64,000 bases of DNA from an uncultured Lachnospiraceae bacterium (GTDB lineage Bacteria; Bacillota; Clostridia; Lachnospirales; Lachnospiraceae), in NCBI GenBank assembly GCA_934294885.1, contig CAKRAK010000005.1, forward strand, positions 9,535-73,534. The letters run 5' to 3'. The notes under the pieces were generated by a model. That model searched no databases. It was not told the origin of the DNA and worked only from the letters and a program-made list of their open reading frames with translations. The translations under genes and the position numbers were made by a program. Below, piece by piece: positions 29,457-38,840 of this stretch. Within the stretch, counting starts at the first letter, position 1. Each line of letters opens with the position of its first letter.

Positions 29457-31393
29457 AGCAGAGACACCCCTCCTTTATCCGGTGTGGCTGGGTCAAGTCC
29501 CCGTAATTCAACTACCGGTTTAGCTGATTCCTTTAAATCATCAATTACAGGAATGGAACCGTTGATATTTTCAGCCAGCCAGTCAATGGTCATGATTGAT
29601 TCCGGAGGAAGTAATTCGTTATCCTTTACTTGCAGGATACCCTTTTGGTCGGTAATCGGACCGGAAAATGGATGGAAAATCCCCTGCTTAATGGAATACT
29701 TCATAATTTCGATTAATTTTGCTGTTTCCCGTGGAATCCGGTTGGAACATATTACATCGATTACCTGTGCCGATAATCCCCACCAGTAATTGATTGCTTT
29801 GCTTTCCATAACCTCTTCCTCTATTTTCCAGGAGCCTTTCATGATACTGTTTACCAGTTTTTCATAAAATACACCCCAGTGATAGATCGACATTGCAAGA
29901 TTGGTTCGTTCGTCATTATGAATGGAGTAAAGTCCGAATTTTTTGGAATCATCATTTGGTGTGATCATATCCTGGGCAGAGATATAATTAATCTGTTCGT
30001 CCCAAAATAATTTTTCTGTGTCGGATTGTTTTACTGATGACCATGACAGATATACGGTAGCCCGCGGATTCACCATTTTTGCCCCTAAGGCAAAAGCATT
30101 AATGCTGGCAGTTACACCGTAAATCGGGTAGTCGGCAATATATCCGATCTTGTTATTCTCACATAAGGCTCCGGCAACCATTCCTGTCAGGAATTTAGCT
30201 TCATACATTCGTGTATAGTAGGTTCGAATGGCGTTGTGGGATGAGTTCGGAGCACAGTTTAGTATTTTAACATTGGGATGAGATGCGGCAACCTTGATGC
30301 ATGCCTTAATAAGCTGTGGGGTAACGGTGAATATGATTTTATTACCATCATCACATGCCTGTTCCAAAATATCTTCTCCATCTTCTTCTATGTTATTCAG
30401 TATATAGCTGGATGTTTCAATAGCATCTCCAAATGCCTCTTCCAAATGCAGACGCCCAAGCTCATGGCTGTAAATCCAGTTTGAGACAGATGGTTCTTTA
30501 TCATAAATGAATGCAATTTTTATGGTGGAGGTTCTAAGCTTATTCAGGAAATTGTCAACTAATTTCTTATCCTCGGTAGGATCCATTAATAATTCAACAG
30601 AGTCATCCTCGCTTAATAAAGAAATTTCAGACCAGATTTTTTGCAGCTTATCTTTTATTTCATTTCTTGTCATTTCCCTTGCTTCGTCATAAGGATAAAG
30701 GGAAAGGAAAAATAAAAGCGCATCTCCACAGGTGATATTTCTAAGCTTATATCCTCCAAGAGAACCGTATGCCTGATAAAAGGCAGTGTGGAAGGAACCG
30801 AAATCCCGGCATTGATCCTCGCTCCAGCTGTCGGTGGAACTATATCCGGTAGCTTCGATTAATTTTCGGTAGCTTCCTAATTTTGAAAATTGGAGATAGT
30901 TAATTTTGTTCAGTTTATAAAAATCCATGTATTCATAGTAAATCTGAACCTTTGGGTCGTCACTGTATTTTGGTATCTTTCTTGTGACCTCTGCTACGAT
31001 ATCTGAGGAATCAAAGTACTTTAACACGCTGGTTCGTTTATTTCCCTCTACAACATAATAGTTGTTCATATATTCGTAAACCTTGATTGCATCATGGATT
31101 CCCTCGTTAATCTGTGCATCTACAAGATTTGACCATTTTACGGAAAATTCACTTCCGTAATCTAAAAGAGGCATAAAGTTAGAAGCAAATGCCTGGGTAC
31201 GACCGGCAGTGCTGGTTCCCACAACCTGATGTAAGGGAATACTCATAACGCCGAGATTAACCTCGCCGTCTGTGTCTTCGAAGGAAAGAATCTCATCTAA
31301 GACAGGCAGATATGGATATTCGCCTCGGGATGTCTTTTCTTTAAAAGCCTTTAATCCAAGTTTTTGAGCTTTGATATAATCTTCGTATGCCAT
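29453..31393 (-). CDS. cytoplasmic fusion protein: ParB/Srx-like N-terminal domain plus BMP (PnrA-like) family domain
   Basis: No signal peptide. N-terminal IKVYEYMNNYYVVEGNKRTSVLKY resembles the ParB/sulfiredoxin core. C-terminal IKIAFIYD...TGMVAGAL...IGYIADYPIYGV...NAFALGAK is BMP/PBP-like. ATG at 31393 with RBS AAAGGA. The stop overlaps the next start (ATGA). Confidence 0.65.
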   Translation of the reverse strand: MAYEDYIKAQKLGLKAFKEKTSRGEYPYLPVLDEILSFEDTDGEVNLGVMSIPLHQVVGTSTAGRTQAFASNFMPLLDYGSEFSVKWSNLVDAQINEGIHDAIKVYEYMNNYYVVEGNKRTSVLKYFDSSDIVAEVTRKIPKYSDDPKVQIYYEYMDFYKLNKINYLQFSKLGSYRKLIEATGYSSTDSWSEDQCRDFGSFHTAFYQAYGSLGGYKLRNITCGDALLFFLSLYPYDEAREMTRNEIKDKLQKIWSEISLLSEDDSVELLMDPTEDKKLVDNFLNKLRTSTIKIAFIYDKEPSVSNWIYSHELGRLHLEEAFGDAIETSSYILNNIEEDGEDILEQACDDGNKIIFTVTPQLIKACIKVAASHPNVKILNCAPNSSHNAIRTYYTRMYEAKFLTGMVAGALCENNKIGYIADYPIYGVTASINAFALGAKMVNPRATVYLSWSSVKQSDTEKLFWDEQINYISAQDMITPNDDSKKFGLYSIHNDERTNLAMSIYHWGVFYEKLVNSIMKGSWKIEEEVMESKAINYWWGLSAQVIDVICSNRIPRETAKLIEIMKYSIKQGIFHPFSGPITDQKGILQVKDNELLPPESIMTIDWLAENINGSIPVIDDLKESAKPVVELRGLDPATPDKGGVSLL

Positions 31394-31569
31394 AATATAA
31401 TCCTTTCTGTTGTTGTGTTTATCAGTATATGTATAAATTTTGTTTCTATTATGATTACGAAGGTATGATAGCATATTGGAAGAGAAAAAACCATTTCTAT
31501 TTACAAAAGAATTAAATCAAGTTAGAATAATACAATGCCGTTTAAGTAGCAATGGAAAGTTGGTTAAAT

Positions 31570-33591
31570 ATGAAAAATTTATATATTGCAGAAAAACCCA
31601 GTGTTGCCAGAGAATTTGCCAAGGCTTTAAAAATAAATGGGGGAAGTAAGGATGGCTACATCGAATCGGATCAAGCTATTGTTACATGGTGTGTGGGACA
31701 TCTGGTAACCATGAGTTATCCGGAAGAATACGATGAGGCATTAAAGAAATGGAGCTTTGATACCCTTCCCTTTTTGCCGGATAAATTCAAATACGAGGTG
31801 ATCGGAAGTGTAGCAAAACAATTTAATATTGTGAAAGGCCTATTGAACCGGGAGGACGTGGAATGTATATATGTATGTACCGACTCCGGGCGGGAGGGTG
31901 AATACATATACCGCCTGGTAGATGATATGGCGCAGGTTCCGGATACGACAAAAAAACGCCGTGTATGGATTGATTCCCAAACAGAGGAAGAGATTCTTCG
32001 AGGCATCCGGGAGGCAAAGGATTTGCATGAGTATGATAATTTATGCGCTTCGGCATATCTTAGAGCCAAGGAAGATTACCTTATGGGTATTAACTTCTCA
32101 AGGGTGTTGTCTTTAAAATACAGTTATTCCGTAAGAGATTATTTAGGTCTCAAAAAATGTGTGATTTCAGTTGGTCGTGTTATGACCTGTGTTCTTGGCA
32201 TGATTGTCCGCAGAGAGCGGGAAATCAGACAATTTGTAAAGACACCGTTTTACAGAGTTGTAGGAAATGTCCTGTTAGAGGACGGAGGCTTTGAGGCTGA
32301 ATGGAAAGCGGTTCCCGGAAGTCTTTATTTTGAATCTCCTGCCTTGTATAAGGAGAATGGGTTTAAAGAAAAGAGTCAGGCGGAAGCACTGATTGCCCAA
32401 TTATCATCAGAAAAGAATGATGAGGGAAATGTTTCTGCAATTGTGGAAAAAACGGAAAAAAAGAAGGAAAATAAAAATGCGCCGTTACTGTATAATTTGG
32501 CAGAGCTGCAAAATGATTGTTCCCGTTTATTTAAAATCAGTCCGGATCAGACATTGCAGATTGTCCAGGAGTTATATGAAAAGAAAATGGTTACTTATCC
32601 GAGAACGGATGCGAGAGTATTGTCTACTGCAGTAAGTAAGGAAATCTATAAAAATATATCCGGACTTAAGAATATACCTGCAATGAAGCCTTATGCAGAG
32701 AATATATTAAATAGTGGAAGCTATAAGGGGATTGCGAAGACAAGATATGTGAATGACAAACAGATTACGGATCATTATGCAATTATTCCTACCGGTCAGG
32801 GTTTGAATGCCTTTCAGGGACTGAATGATGTGGCGAAGAAGGTATATGAGATTATTGTCCGCAGATTTTTGAGTATTTTTTATCCACCTGCTGTTTATCA
32901 GAAGGTTGCGTTGATATTGAATTGTAAGGGTGAAAAGTTGTTTGCGAACTTTAAAGTTCTTACCGAGGAGGGATATCTTCCGATTACGGAGTATTCCTTT
33001 GGGAAAAAGAAGGATGAGGAAGAAAAATATTCTGCCAAGATGGTAGAGGCTGCCATGTCCTTGAAAAAAGGTGGGCAACTATTCATTTCTTCCTTTGATA
33101 TAAAAGAAGGAGAGACTTCTCCGCCAAAGAGATACAGTTCGGGAACATTGATTCTTGCAATGGAAAATGCAGGACAGTTAATAGAGGATGAAGATTTAAG
33201 AGCGCAGATTAAGGGATGTGGTATCGGAACCTCTGCAACAAGGGCGGAAATCATAAAAAAGCTGGTCAATAATAAATATCTGAATCTGAACAAGAAGACT
33301 CAGATTATCACGCCGACACAAATGGGAGAGATGATACATGATGTAGTGGCATATTCCATTCGTTCCCTGTTGAATCCGGAATTGACGGCGAGCTGGGAAA
33401 AGGGACTTTCCTATGTGGCGGAAGGCAGTGTTACAGAAGATGAGTATATGAAGAAGTTGGAAACCTTTGTAAGGCAGAAGACGGATAATGTCAGAGAGAA
33501 CAATTATCAGTATCAATTAAGAAAATGTTTTGATTACACCGCACAGTTTTATAAGAAAGAAGCTGTAACAAAGAAGAAGGGTAACAAGTAG
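31570..33591 (+). CDS. topB: DNA topoisomerase III (type IA)
   Basis: Toprim N-terminus MKNLYIAEKPSVAREFAKAL, the DSGREGE acidic cluster, and active-site region VTYPRTDARVL. Confidence 0.85.
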   Translation: MKNLYIAEKPSVAREFAKALKINGGSKDGYIESDQAIVTWCVGHLVTMSYPEEYDEALKKWSFDTLPFLPDKFKYEVIGSVAKQFNIVKGLLNREDVECIYVCTDSGREGEYIYRLVDDMAQVPDTTKKRRVWIDSQTEEEILRGIREAKDLHEYDNLCASAYLRAKEDYLMGINFSRVLSLKYSYSVRDYLGLKKCVISVGRVMTCVLGMIVRREREIRQFVKTPFYRVVGNVLLEDGGFEAEWKAVPGSLYFESPALYKENGFKEKSQAEALIAQLSSEKNDEGNVSAIVEKTEKKKENKNAPLLYNLAELQNDCSRLFKISPDQTLQIVQELYEKKMVTYPRTDARVLSTAVSKEIYKNISGLKNIPAMKPYAENILNSGSYKGIAKTRYVNDKQITDHYAIIPTGQGLNAFQGLNDVAKKVYEIIVRRFLSIFYPPAVYQKVALILNCKGEKLFANFKVLTEEGYLPITEYSFGKKKDEEEKYSAKMVEAAMSLKKGGQLFISSFDIKEGETSPPKRYSSGTLILAMENAGQLIEDEDLRAQIKGCGIGTSATRAEIIKKLVNNKYLNLNKKTQIITPTQMGEMIHDVVAYSIRSLLNPELTASWEKGLSYVAEGSVTEDEYMKKLETFVRQKTDNVRENNYQYQLRKCFDYTAQFYKKEAVTKKKGNK

Positions 33592-33603
33592 AGAGGAGCT
33601 ATT

Positions 33604-34275
33604 ATGAAAGAGCAGATTACGATTAAAAACATGTATACATTGGAAGAAACAATGGCAAAGGAATTAATGGAGCAGTATACCTATCCATGGGAGGTGCTTC
33701 CTCTGATTGGAGATTTTATTAAGAAGATAGGACCAACCCTTTCAAAGGAAATCTATGAAGAAAAGGGCGAAAATATATGGATTGCCAAATCCGCAAAAAT
33801 CTATCCTAACAATTATATCGCAGGTCCTTGTATTATCGGGGAGCATACGGAGGTTAGACCGGGGGCCTTTATCCGGGGAAATGCTCTTGTAGGAAATGAC
33901 TGTGTTGTTGGTAATTCTACGGAATTAAAAAATGTAATTTTGTTTAATCACGTACAGGTGCCTCATTATAATTATGTGGGAGATTCTGTTTTGGGATATT
34001 TTTCCCATATGGGAGCCGGTTCCATTACTTCAAATGTAAAAGCAGATAAAACCCTTGTCCATGTAAAAGGAACCGATGTGGACATAGATACCGGCTTAAA
34101 GAAGTTTGGTGCTATGCTTGGTGATCATGTGGAGATTGGTTGTAACTCAGTTTTGAATCCGGGTTCTGTAATCTGTAGTAATTCCAATGTATATCCGGTC
34201 AGTATGGTAAGAGGTATTGTACCACCGGATTCCATTTATAAGGATAAATTACATATTGTCAAAAAAGAAAAATAA
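33604..34275 (+). CDS. left-handed beta-helix (hexapeptide-repeat) family protein
   Basis: Repeated [LIV]-G-x4 hexapeptides (IIGEHTEVRPGAFIRGNALVGNDCVVGNSTELKN...). Lies 12 nt after topB. Confidence 0.65.
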   Translation: MKEQITIKNMYTLEETMAKELMEQYTYPWEVLPLIGDFIKKIGPTLSKEIYEEKGENIWIAKSAKIYPNNYIAGPCIIGEHTEVRPGAFIRGNALVGNDCVVGNSTELKNVILFNHVQVPHYNYVGDSVLGYFSHMGAGSITSNVKADKTLVHVKGTDVDIDTGLKKFGAMLGDHVEIGCNSVLNPGSVICSNSNVYPVSMVRGIVPPDSIYKDKLHIVKKEK

Positions 34276-34355
34276 TCATGGTTTGTTCCCATGATTTGTT
34301 TACAGATGATTGCGAAGCACCCCAAATGCCTAAAGGGAGCTTCGCAATTATTTTT

Positions 34356-34787
34356 TTATTTGTTTGTGGGAATGGCCTGTTCTACTGCGTTTTTGATTGC
34401 CTGATTTAAAATGATGTATGTATATTGGTTTTCCTGTGAATATTTAATATCATCAATGCTTTCGGCAGTGGTAATCTGGTCATTTATTTCATTAAGAGCC
34501 GGTTCTAACAGAGGATACATGGTTGTTACGGTTTCGTTGAGGTTTTCGATGTTAACCCCTGTAACCCTGTCTTCATCTACGGTAACAGCAACATTTAAGG
34601 TATTTTCTCCTAAAGTAATCGTTGAGGAATAGACACCGGGAATATAGCTTCCGGTTGTTTTGGTTTTCTGCTTTGCTGTAAACATGTTGATCAGTATGAT
34701 AATGAAAATAAGAGCAAGGACAACTAAAATTCCTGTATAGATAAGCTCTTTTGCTTTTACAACTACGATTTTTGTATTTGTTCCCAT
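34356..34787 (-). CDS. membrane-anchored protein with a weak FMN_bind-like domain
   Basis: ATG at 34787 with a strong RBS AGGAGG. One TM helix, then GSYIPGVYSSTITLGENTLNVAVTVDEDRVTGVNIENLNET. The longer ORF to 34973 runs into the riboswitch region. Confidence 0.55.
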   Translation of the reverse strand: MGTNTKIVVVKAKELIYTGILVVLALIFIIILINMFTAKQKTKTTGSYIPGVYSSTITLGENTLNVAVTVDEDRVTGVNIENLNETVTTMYPLLEPALNEINDQITTAESIDDIKYSQENQYTYIILNQAIKNAVEQAIPTNK

Positions 34788-34862
34788 ATGGTTCCTCCTG
34801 AATATTGTTACTATAAAGATATGTTTTATCTGTGAAAAATAGAACTTCAAGGATAAATTAGG

Positions 34863-34891
34863 TTGCACAATTATAAGTCCGGGAGTATAAT
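34863..34891 (+). promoter_or_regulatory. sigma-A promoter of the rib operon (TTGCAC-17-TATAAT)
   Basis: -35 at 34863-34868, 17-nt spacer, perfect -10 at 34886-34891, about 20 nt upstream of the riboswitch. Confidence 0.7.
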
Positions 34892-34912
34892 GCTTTATGG
34901 TAAGTGAATAAA

Positions 34913-35035
34913 TCTTCAAGGCGGAGTGAAATTCTCCACCGGCGGTGTTGGTATAGAGTGCCTGAGCCCGCAAGCCGTAAGGCAGGAACCAGTGAGATTC
35001 TGGTGCCGACAGTATAGTCTGGATGAAAGAGGATG
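34913..35035 (+). promoter_or_regulatory. FMN riboswitch (RFN element) aptamer
   Basis: Conserved blocks GGCGGAGTGAAATTCTCCACCGGCGGT, AGCCCGCAAGCC and GTGAGATTCTGGTGCCGACAGTATAGTCTGGATGAAAGAGG match the RFN consensus. Upstream of ribD. Confidence 0.9.
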
Positions 35036-35081
35036 GAATAGGAATTTGTCATGGAGACATGTGCAGATAAACAGAGAGGAT

Positions 35082-35120
35082 AAAGCTTTGAAGTATGGAT
35101 ATATTTCAAAGCTTTTTTTA
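35082..35120 (+). terminator. riboswitch expression-platform terminator
   Basis: Stem aaagctttgaa / ttcaaagcttt, 12-nt loop, T run. Confidence 0.8.
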
Positions 35121-35372
35121 CGCGAAGCAACGAGCCAAGGTATGTGCTTGCACAATACTTTGGCGACTGCCGCGATAACTTGCGAAAACCGCGAAGCACG
35201 TTTCGCATAGTATAGGCGAAGCAACGAGCCAAGGTACGTGCTTGCACGATACTTTGGCGACTGCCGCGATAACTTGCGAAACCCACAAAGAGCGTTTCGC
35301 ATAGTATACGCGAAGCAACGAGCCAAGGTATGTGCTTGCACAATACTTTGGCGACTGCCGCGATAACTTGAG
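35121..35372 (+). repeat. tandem repeat, 2.7 copies of a 93-94-nt structured unit
   Basis: The GCGAAGCAACGAGCC unit starts at 35123, 35216 and 35310. Each unit contains the hairpins caaggtatgtgc-tt-gcacaatactttg and tgcgaaaac...gtttcgca. Confidence 0.95.
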
Positions 35373-35391
35373 AAAAGACAGGTGTATCAGA

Positions 35392-36561
35392 ATGAATGAT
35401 AAAAAGGATAATCGGGAAAAGTATATGTATCGTGCCATTGAACTGGCACAACTGGGACTTGGAAAAGTCAACCCCAATCCATTAGTTGGAGCCGTTATCG
35501 TAAAGGATGGCAGGATTATCGCAGAGGGATATCATGCCAGATATGGAGAGCTGCATGCAGAACGGAATGCATTTCAGAATTTAAAGCACAAAGAGGATGC
35601 AAAGGGAGCAGAATTATATGTAACATTAGAACCGTGTTGTCATTACGGAAAACAGCCTCCATGTACAGAGGCAATTATTGAACATGGGATTTCCACGGTG
35701 TATGTAGGTTCCAATGACCCTAATTCTTTGGTGGCGGGAAAAGGGATTCAGCAGCTAAGGGATGCAGGGATAAAGGTTGTTACCGAGTTTATGAAGGAAG
35801 AATGTGATGCGCTAAATCCGGTATTTTTCCATTACATTACAACCAAGACCCCCTATGTGGTCATGAAGTATGCCATGACACTGGATGGTAAAATTGCGAC
35901 TCATACCGGACATTCCCGCTGGGTATCCGGAGAAGCCTCCAGAGCAAGAGTGCATGAAACAAGAAATGCATTGTCTGGTATTATGGTTGGTATTGGAACG
36001 GTATTAAATGATAATCCGTTACTGACCTGTCGTATGGAAGGGGGAACGAATCCCACAAGGATTGTATGTGATACCAAATTAAGAATCCCGCTGTCCAGCC
36101 AAATCATAGATACGGCAGATGAGGTGCCAACCATTGTAGCAACAACTGCACCCCATCCCGAATATAAAAGATTCTGGAATGAAGAAAAGGCATTTCTGGA
36201 AAAAAATAATGTTACGGTTTTGGTGGTAAAAGAAAAAAATAACCGGATTGATTTACAGGATCTTATGATAGAGCTTGGAAAATTAAAGATAGACAGTATA
36301 TTAATCGAAGGCGGTTCGGCTTTGAATTATTCAGCACTACAGGCCGGTATCGTGAATCGGATAGAGGCGTATGTTGCACCTAAAATATTCGGAGGGGTGG
36401 GATTTTTCACTCCTGTGGGTGGTGAGGGTGTTGAACTTGCTACAGATGCGTTAAAAGTAAAATTCGTGTCGGCAAAACCCGTTGGAGAGGATATTCTTTT
36501 AACCTATGATGTAGAAAAGAAGATAGAAGAAATTTCAGAAGATAAGAAAGAGGAGGTATGA
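35392..36561 (+). CDS. ribD: bifunctional diaminohydroxyphosphoribosylaminopyrimidine deaminase / 5-amino-6-(5-phosphoribosylamino)uracil reductase
   Basis: Deaminase zinc motifs HAERNA and PCCHYGKQPPC, plus the reductase domain. The ATG at 35392 is the first start after the repeat array; the ATG at 35425 is an alternative. Confidence 0.9.
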   Translation: MNDKKDNREKYMYRAIELAQLGLGKVNPNPLVGAVIVKDGRIIAEGYHARYGELHAERNAFQNLKHKEDAKGAELYVTLEPCCHYGKQPPCTEAIIEHGISTVYVGSNDPNSLVAGKGIQQLRDAGIKVVTEFMKEECDALNPVFFHYITTKTPYVVMKYAMTLDGKIATHTGHSRWVSGEASRARVHETRNALSGIMVGIGTVLNDNPLLTCRMEGGTNPTRIVCDTKLRIPLSSQIIDTADEVPTIVATTAPHPEYKRFWNEEKAFLEKNNVTVLVVKEKNNRIDLQDLMIELGKLKIDSILIEGGSALNYSALQAGIVNRIEAYVAPKIFGGVGFFTPVGGEGVELATDALKVKFVSAKPVGEDILLTYDVEKKIEEISEDKKEEV

Positions 36562-36563
36562 TT

Positions 36564-36866
36564 ATGGTTAAGCATATGATTATTTGGACATTAAAGGAAA
36601 CGTTATCAGAGGAAGAAAAGAAGACGGTAAGGGAAGGCATAAAAGAAGGTCTGGAAGGTCTGACCGGAAAAATTGAGGGCTTGTTGGAAATCAAGGTTCA
36701 TATAGACGGACTTTCTTCCTCCAACACAGATCTTATGCTGGAAAGCAGCTTTGAAAGCTTCGAGGCGTTGAAGGGATATTCCGGTCATCCGGCTCATGTA
36801 GCGGTTGCAAATGAAAAAGTACGTCCGTATACACAAATCCGCAGCTGCTTTGATTATGAAGTGTAG
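36564..36866 (+). CDS. Dabb (stress-responsive dimeric alpha/beta-barrel) domain protein
   Basis: 100 aa. VKHMIIWTLKE...EALKGYSGHPAHVAV is typical of the Dabb family. RBS GAGGAGG lies 7 nt upstream. Confidence 0.75.
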   Translation: MVKHMIIWTLKETLSEEEKKTVREGIKEGLEGLTGKIEGLLEIKVHIDGLSSSNTDLMLESSFESFEALKGYSGHPAHVAVANEKVRPYTQIRSCFDYEV

Positions 36867-36916
36867 TGACCGGATCAGGAAAGTCAGATTGAGATAAGGC
36901 AGGTAGAAGAGATAGA

Positions 36917-37573
36917 ATGTTTACAGGTATTGTTGAAGAATTAGGAACGGTAGTTTCCATCAGTAAGGGTACAAAATCCTCGAAACTGACATTACAGGGT
37001 GATGTCATTTTTGAGGACATGAAGCTGGGAGATTCCATTGCGGTAAATGGAGTCTGTCTTACGGTTACGGAAAAAACAGCAAACACCTTTACGGTAGATG
37101 TAATGGCGGAAACATTACGAAGGTCTTCCCTTGGCAATTTGTCAAAGGGAGGAAAAGTAAATATGGAGCGTGCCATGGCAGCAAACGGCAGGTTTGGAGG
37201 ACATATCGTAAGCGGACATATAGACGGAACCGGAACCATTGAAAGCTTTGTTCAGGAGGATAATGCCACATGGGTGACGATTACAACCTCCGGTAAAATT
37301 TTAAAATATATAATTGAGAAAGGTTCCATTACAATTGATGGTATATCCTTAACGGTGGCGTATGTGGATAACAGATGCTTTAAAGTGTCGCTGATTCCTC
37401 ATACAGCAGCCAATACAACGTTGCTTATGAAAAAGGCTGGAGATATTGTTAACTTAGAGAATGATATTATCGGAAAATATGTAGATAAGCTGTTAGGATA
37501 TCAGGGAGAAGAGGAATCCGGAACATCTTCAAAGGTGTCCATGAATTTCCTTGCAGAGAATGGTTTTATCTAA
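36917..37573 (+). CDS. ribE: riboflavin synthase (alpha chain)
   Basis: MFTGIVEELG N-terminus and a duplicated lumazine-binding repeat (GDSIAVNGVCLTV / GSITIDGISLTV). Confidence 0.9.
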   Translation: MFTGIVEELGTVVSISKGTKSSKLTLQGDVIFEDMKLGDSIAVNGVCLTVTEKTANTFTVDVMAETLRRSSLGNLSKGGKVNMERAMAANGRFGGHIVSGHIDGTGTIESFVQEDNATWVTITTSGKILKYIIEKGSITIDGISLTVAYVDNRCFKVSLIPHTAANTTLLMKKAGDIVNLENDIIGKYVDKLLGYQGEEESGTSSKVSMNFLAENGFI

Positions 37574-37637
37574 TCGGTAGTGTAATGGAATTAAGAGAAG
37601 TGAATTATCAAAGTGAAAGCAGACAAGGAGGATAACG

Positions 37638-38840
37638 ATGTTAGAATTTAATACAACAGAAGAGTTGTTAGAAGAATTAAAAGCAGGAAAGGTTATTGTG
37701 ATTTTAGATGATGAAAACCGTGAAAATGAAGGTGATGTGATTTGTGCCGCACAGTTTGCAACGACAGAAAATGTGAACTTTATGGCAAGCTATGCAAAGG
37801 GATTGATCTGTATGCCTATGGATGCAAGCTATACGGATAAATTGCATCTGCCACAAATGTGTCTTACCAATACAGACAATCATTGCACTGCTTTTTCCGT
37901 TTCCGTTGACCATGTAGATACGACAACAGGAATTTCCGCTTATGAAAGAGGCATTACTGCCAGAAAATTTGTGGAAGACGATGCAAAACCGGAGGATTTC
38001 AGAAGACCGGGACATATGTTCCCATTAGAGGCTCGTCCGGGTGGCGTGATTGAAAGAGACGGACATACGGAGGCAACGGTGGATTTATGTAAGCTTGCAG
38101 GATTAAAGCCGGTAGGCTTGTGCTGTGAGATTATGCGTGATGACGGTATGATGGCGAGAAAGGAAGATTTACTTGCATTTGCAAAAAAGCATAATTTAAA
38201 AATCGGAACTATTAAAGACCTGATTCAGTATCGGAAAGAACATGAAGTGTTTGTGGAATGTGTTGCCAGTGCAAAGATGCCGACCCGCTACGGGGAATTT
38301 ACAATTTACGGATATGTAAATAAGTTAAACGGAGAACATCATGTTGCTTTAGTAAAGGGAGATATTACAGATGGAAAGCCGGTTTTATGCAGAGTGCATT
38401 CGGAATGTCTGACCGGTGATGCATTGGGCTCTGCACGATGCGATTGCGGACAACAGTATGATGCCGCAATGAAAATGATCGCAAAAGAGGGCAGAGGTGT
38501 ACTTTTGTATCTTCGTCAGGAGGGCAGAGGAATCGGTTTGATCAACAAGATTCGTGCGTACCAGCTGCAGGATCAGGGCTTGGATACTGTGGAAGCCAAT
38601 CTTGAATTGGGATTTCCGGAGGATGCAAGGGATTATACGATTGGAACACAGATTCTTGTAGACCTTGGTGTAAAGGAGCTTCGCCTTATGACCAATAATC
38701 CATTAAAGGTATATGGGTTAGAGGGGTACGGTTTGTCTATCGTAGAGCGGGTTCCGATTGTAATGGAGCCGGGCAAATATGATGCCTTTTATTTGAAAAC
38801 AAAGCAGGAGAAAATGGGACACATTTTAAATTACAAATAA
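37638..38840 (+). CDS. ribBA: bifunctional 3,4-dihydroxy-2-butanone-4-phosphate synthase / GTP cyclohydrolase II
   Basis: [10 protein letters not shown] and RPGHMFPL (DHBP synthase), plus [20 protein letters not shown] (GTP cyclohydrolase II). Confidence 0.9.
   Translation: MLEFNTTEELLEELKAGKVIVILDDENRENEGDVICAAQFATTENVNFMASYAKGLICMPMDASYTDKLHLPQMCLTNTDNHCTAFSVSVDHVDTTTGISAYERGITARKFVEDDAKPEDFRRPGHMFPLEARPGGVIERDGHTEATVDLCKLAGLKPVGLCCEIMRDDGMMARKEDLLAFAKKHNLKIGTIKDLIQYRKEHEVFVECVASAKMPTRYGEFTIYGYVNKLNGEHHVALVKGDITDGKPVLCRVHSECLTGDALGSARCDCGQQYDAAMKMIAKEGRGVLLYLRQEGRGIGLINKIRAYQLQDQGLDTVEANLELGFPEDARDYTIGTQILVDLGVKELRLMTNNPLKVYGLEGYGLSIVERVPIVMEPGKYDAFYLKTKQEKMGHILNYK

Noticed and set aside
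35121-35372. Possible CRISPR array, because of regularly spaced repeats.
   Set aside because: The whole 93-94-nt unit is repeated head to tail with no unique spacers, and no cas genes are present. It is a simple tandem repeat.
34858-35477. Stack of overlapping ORFs in the supplied track (197, 141 and 119 aa on the minus strand; 94 aa on the plus strand; and the 5' extension of the ribD ORF from 35332).
   Set aside because: They run through the FMN riboswitch, its terminator and the 93-94-nt tandem repeat. Their proteins contain the same peptide repeated (…RQSPKYCASTYLGSLLR…), which is simply the repeat translated. No RBS is present. They are treated as artefacts.
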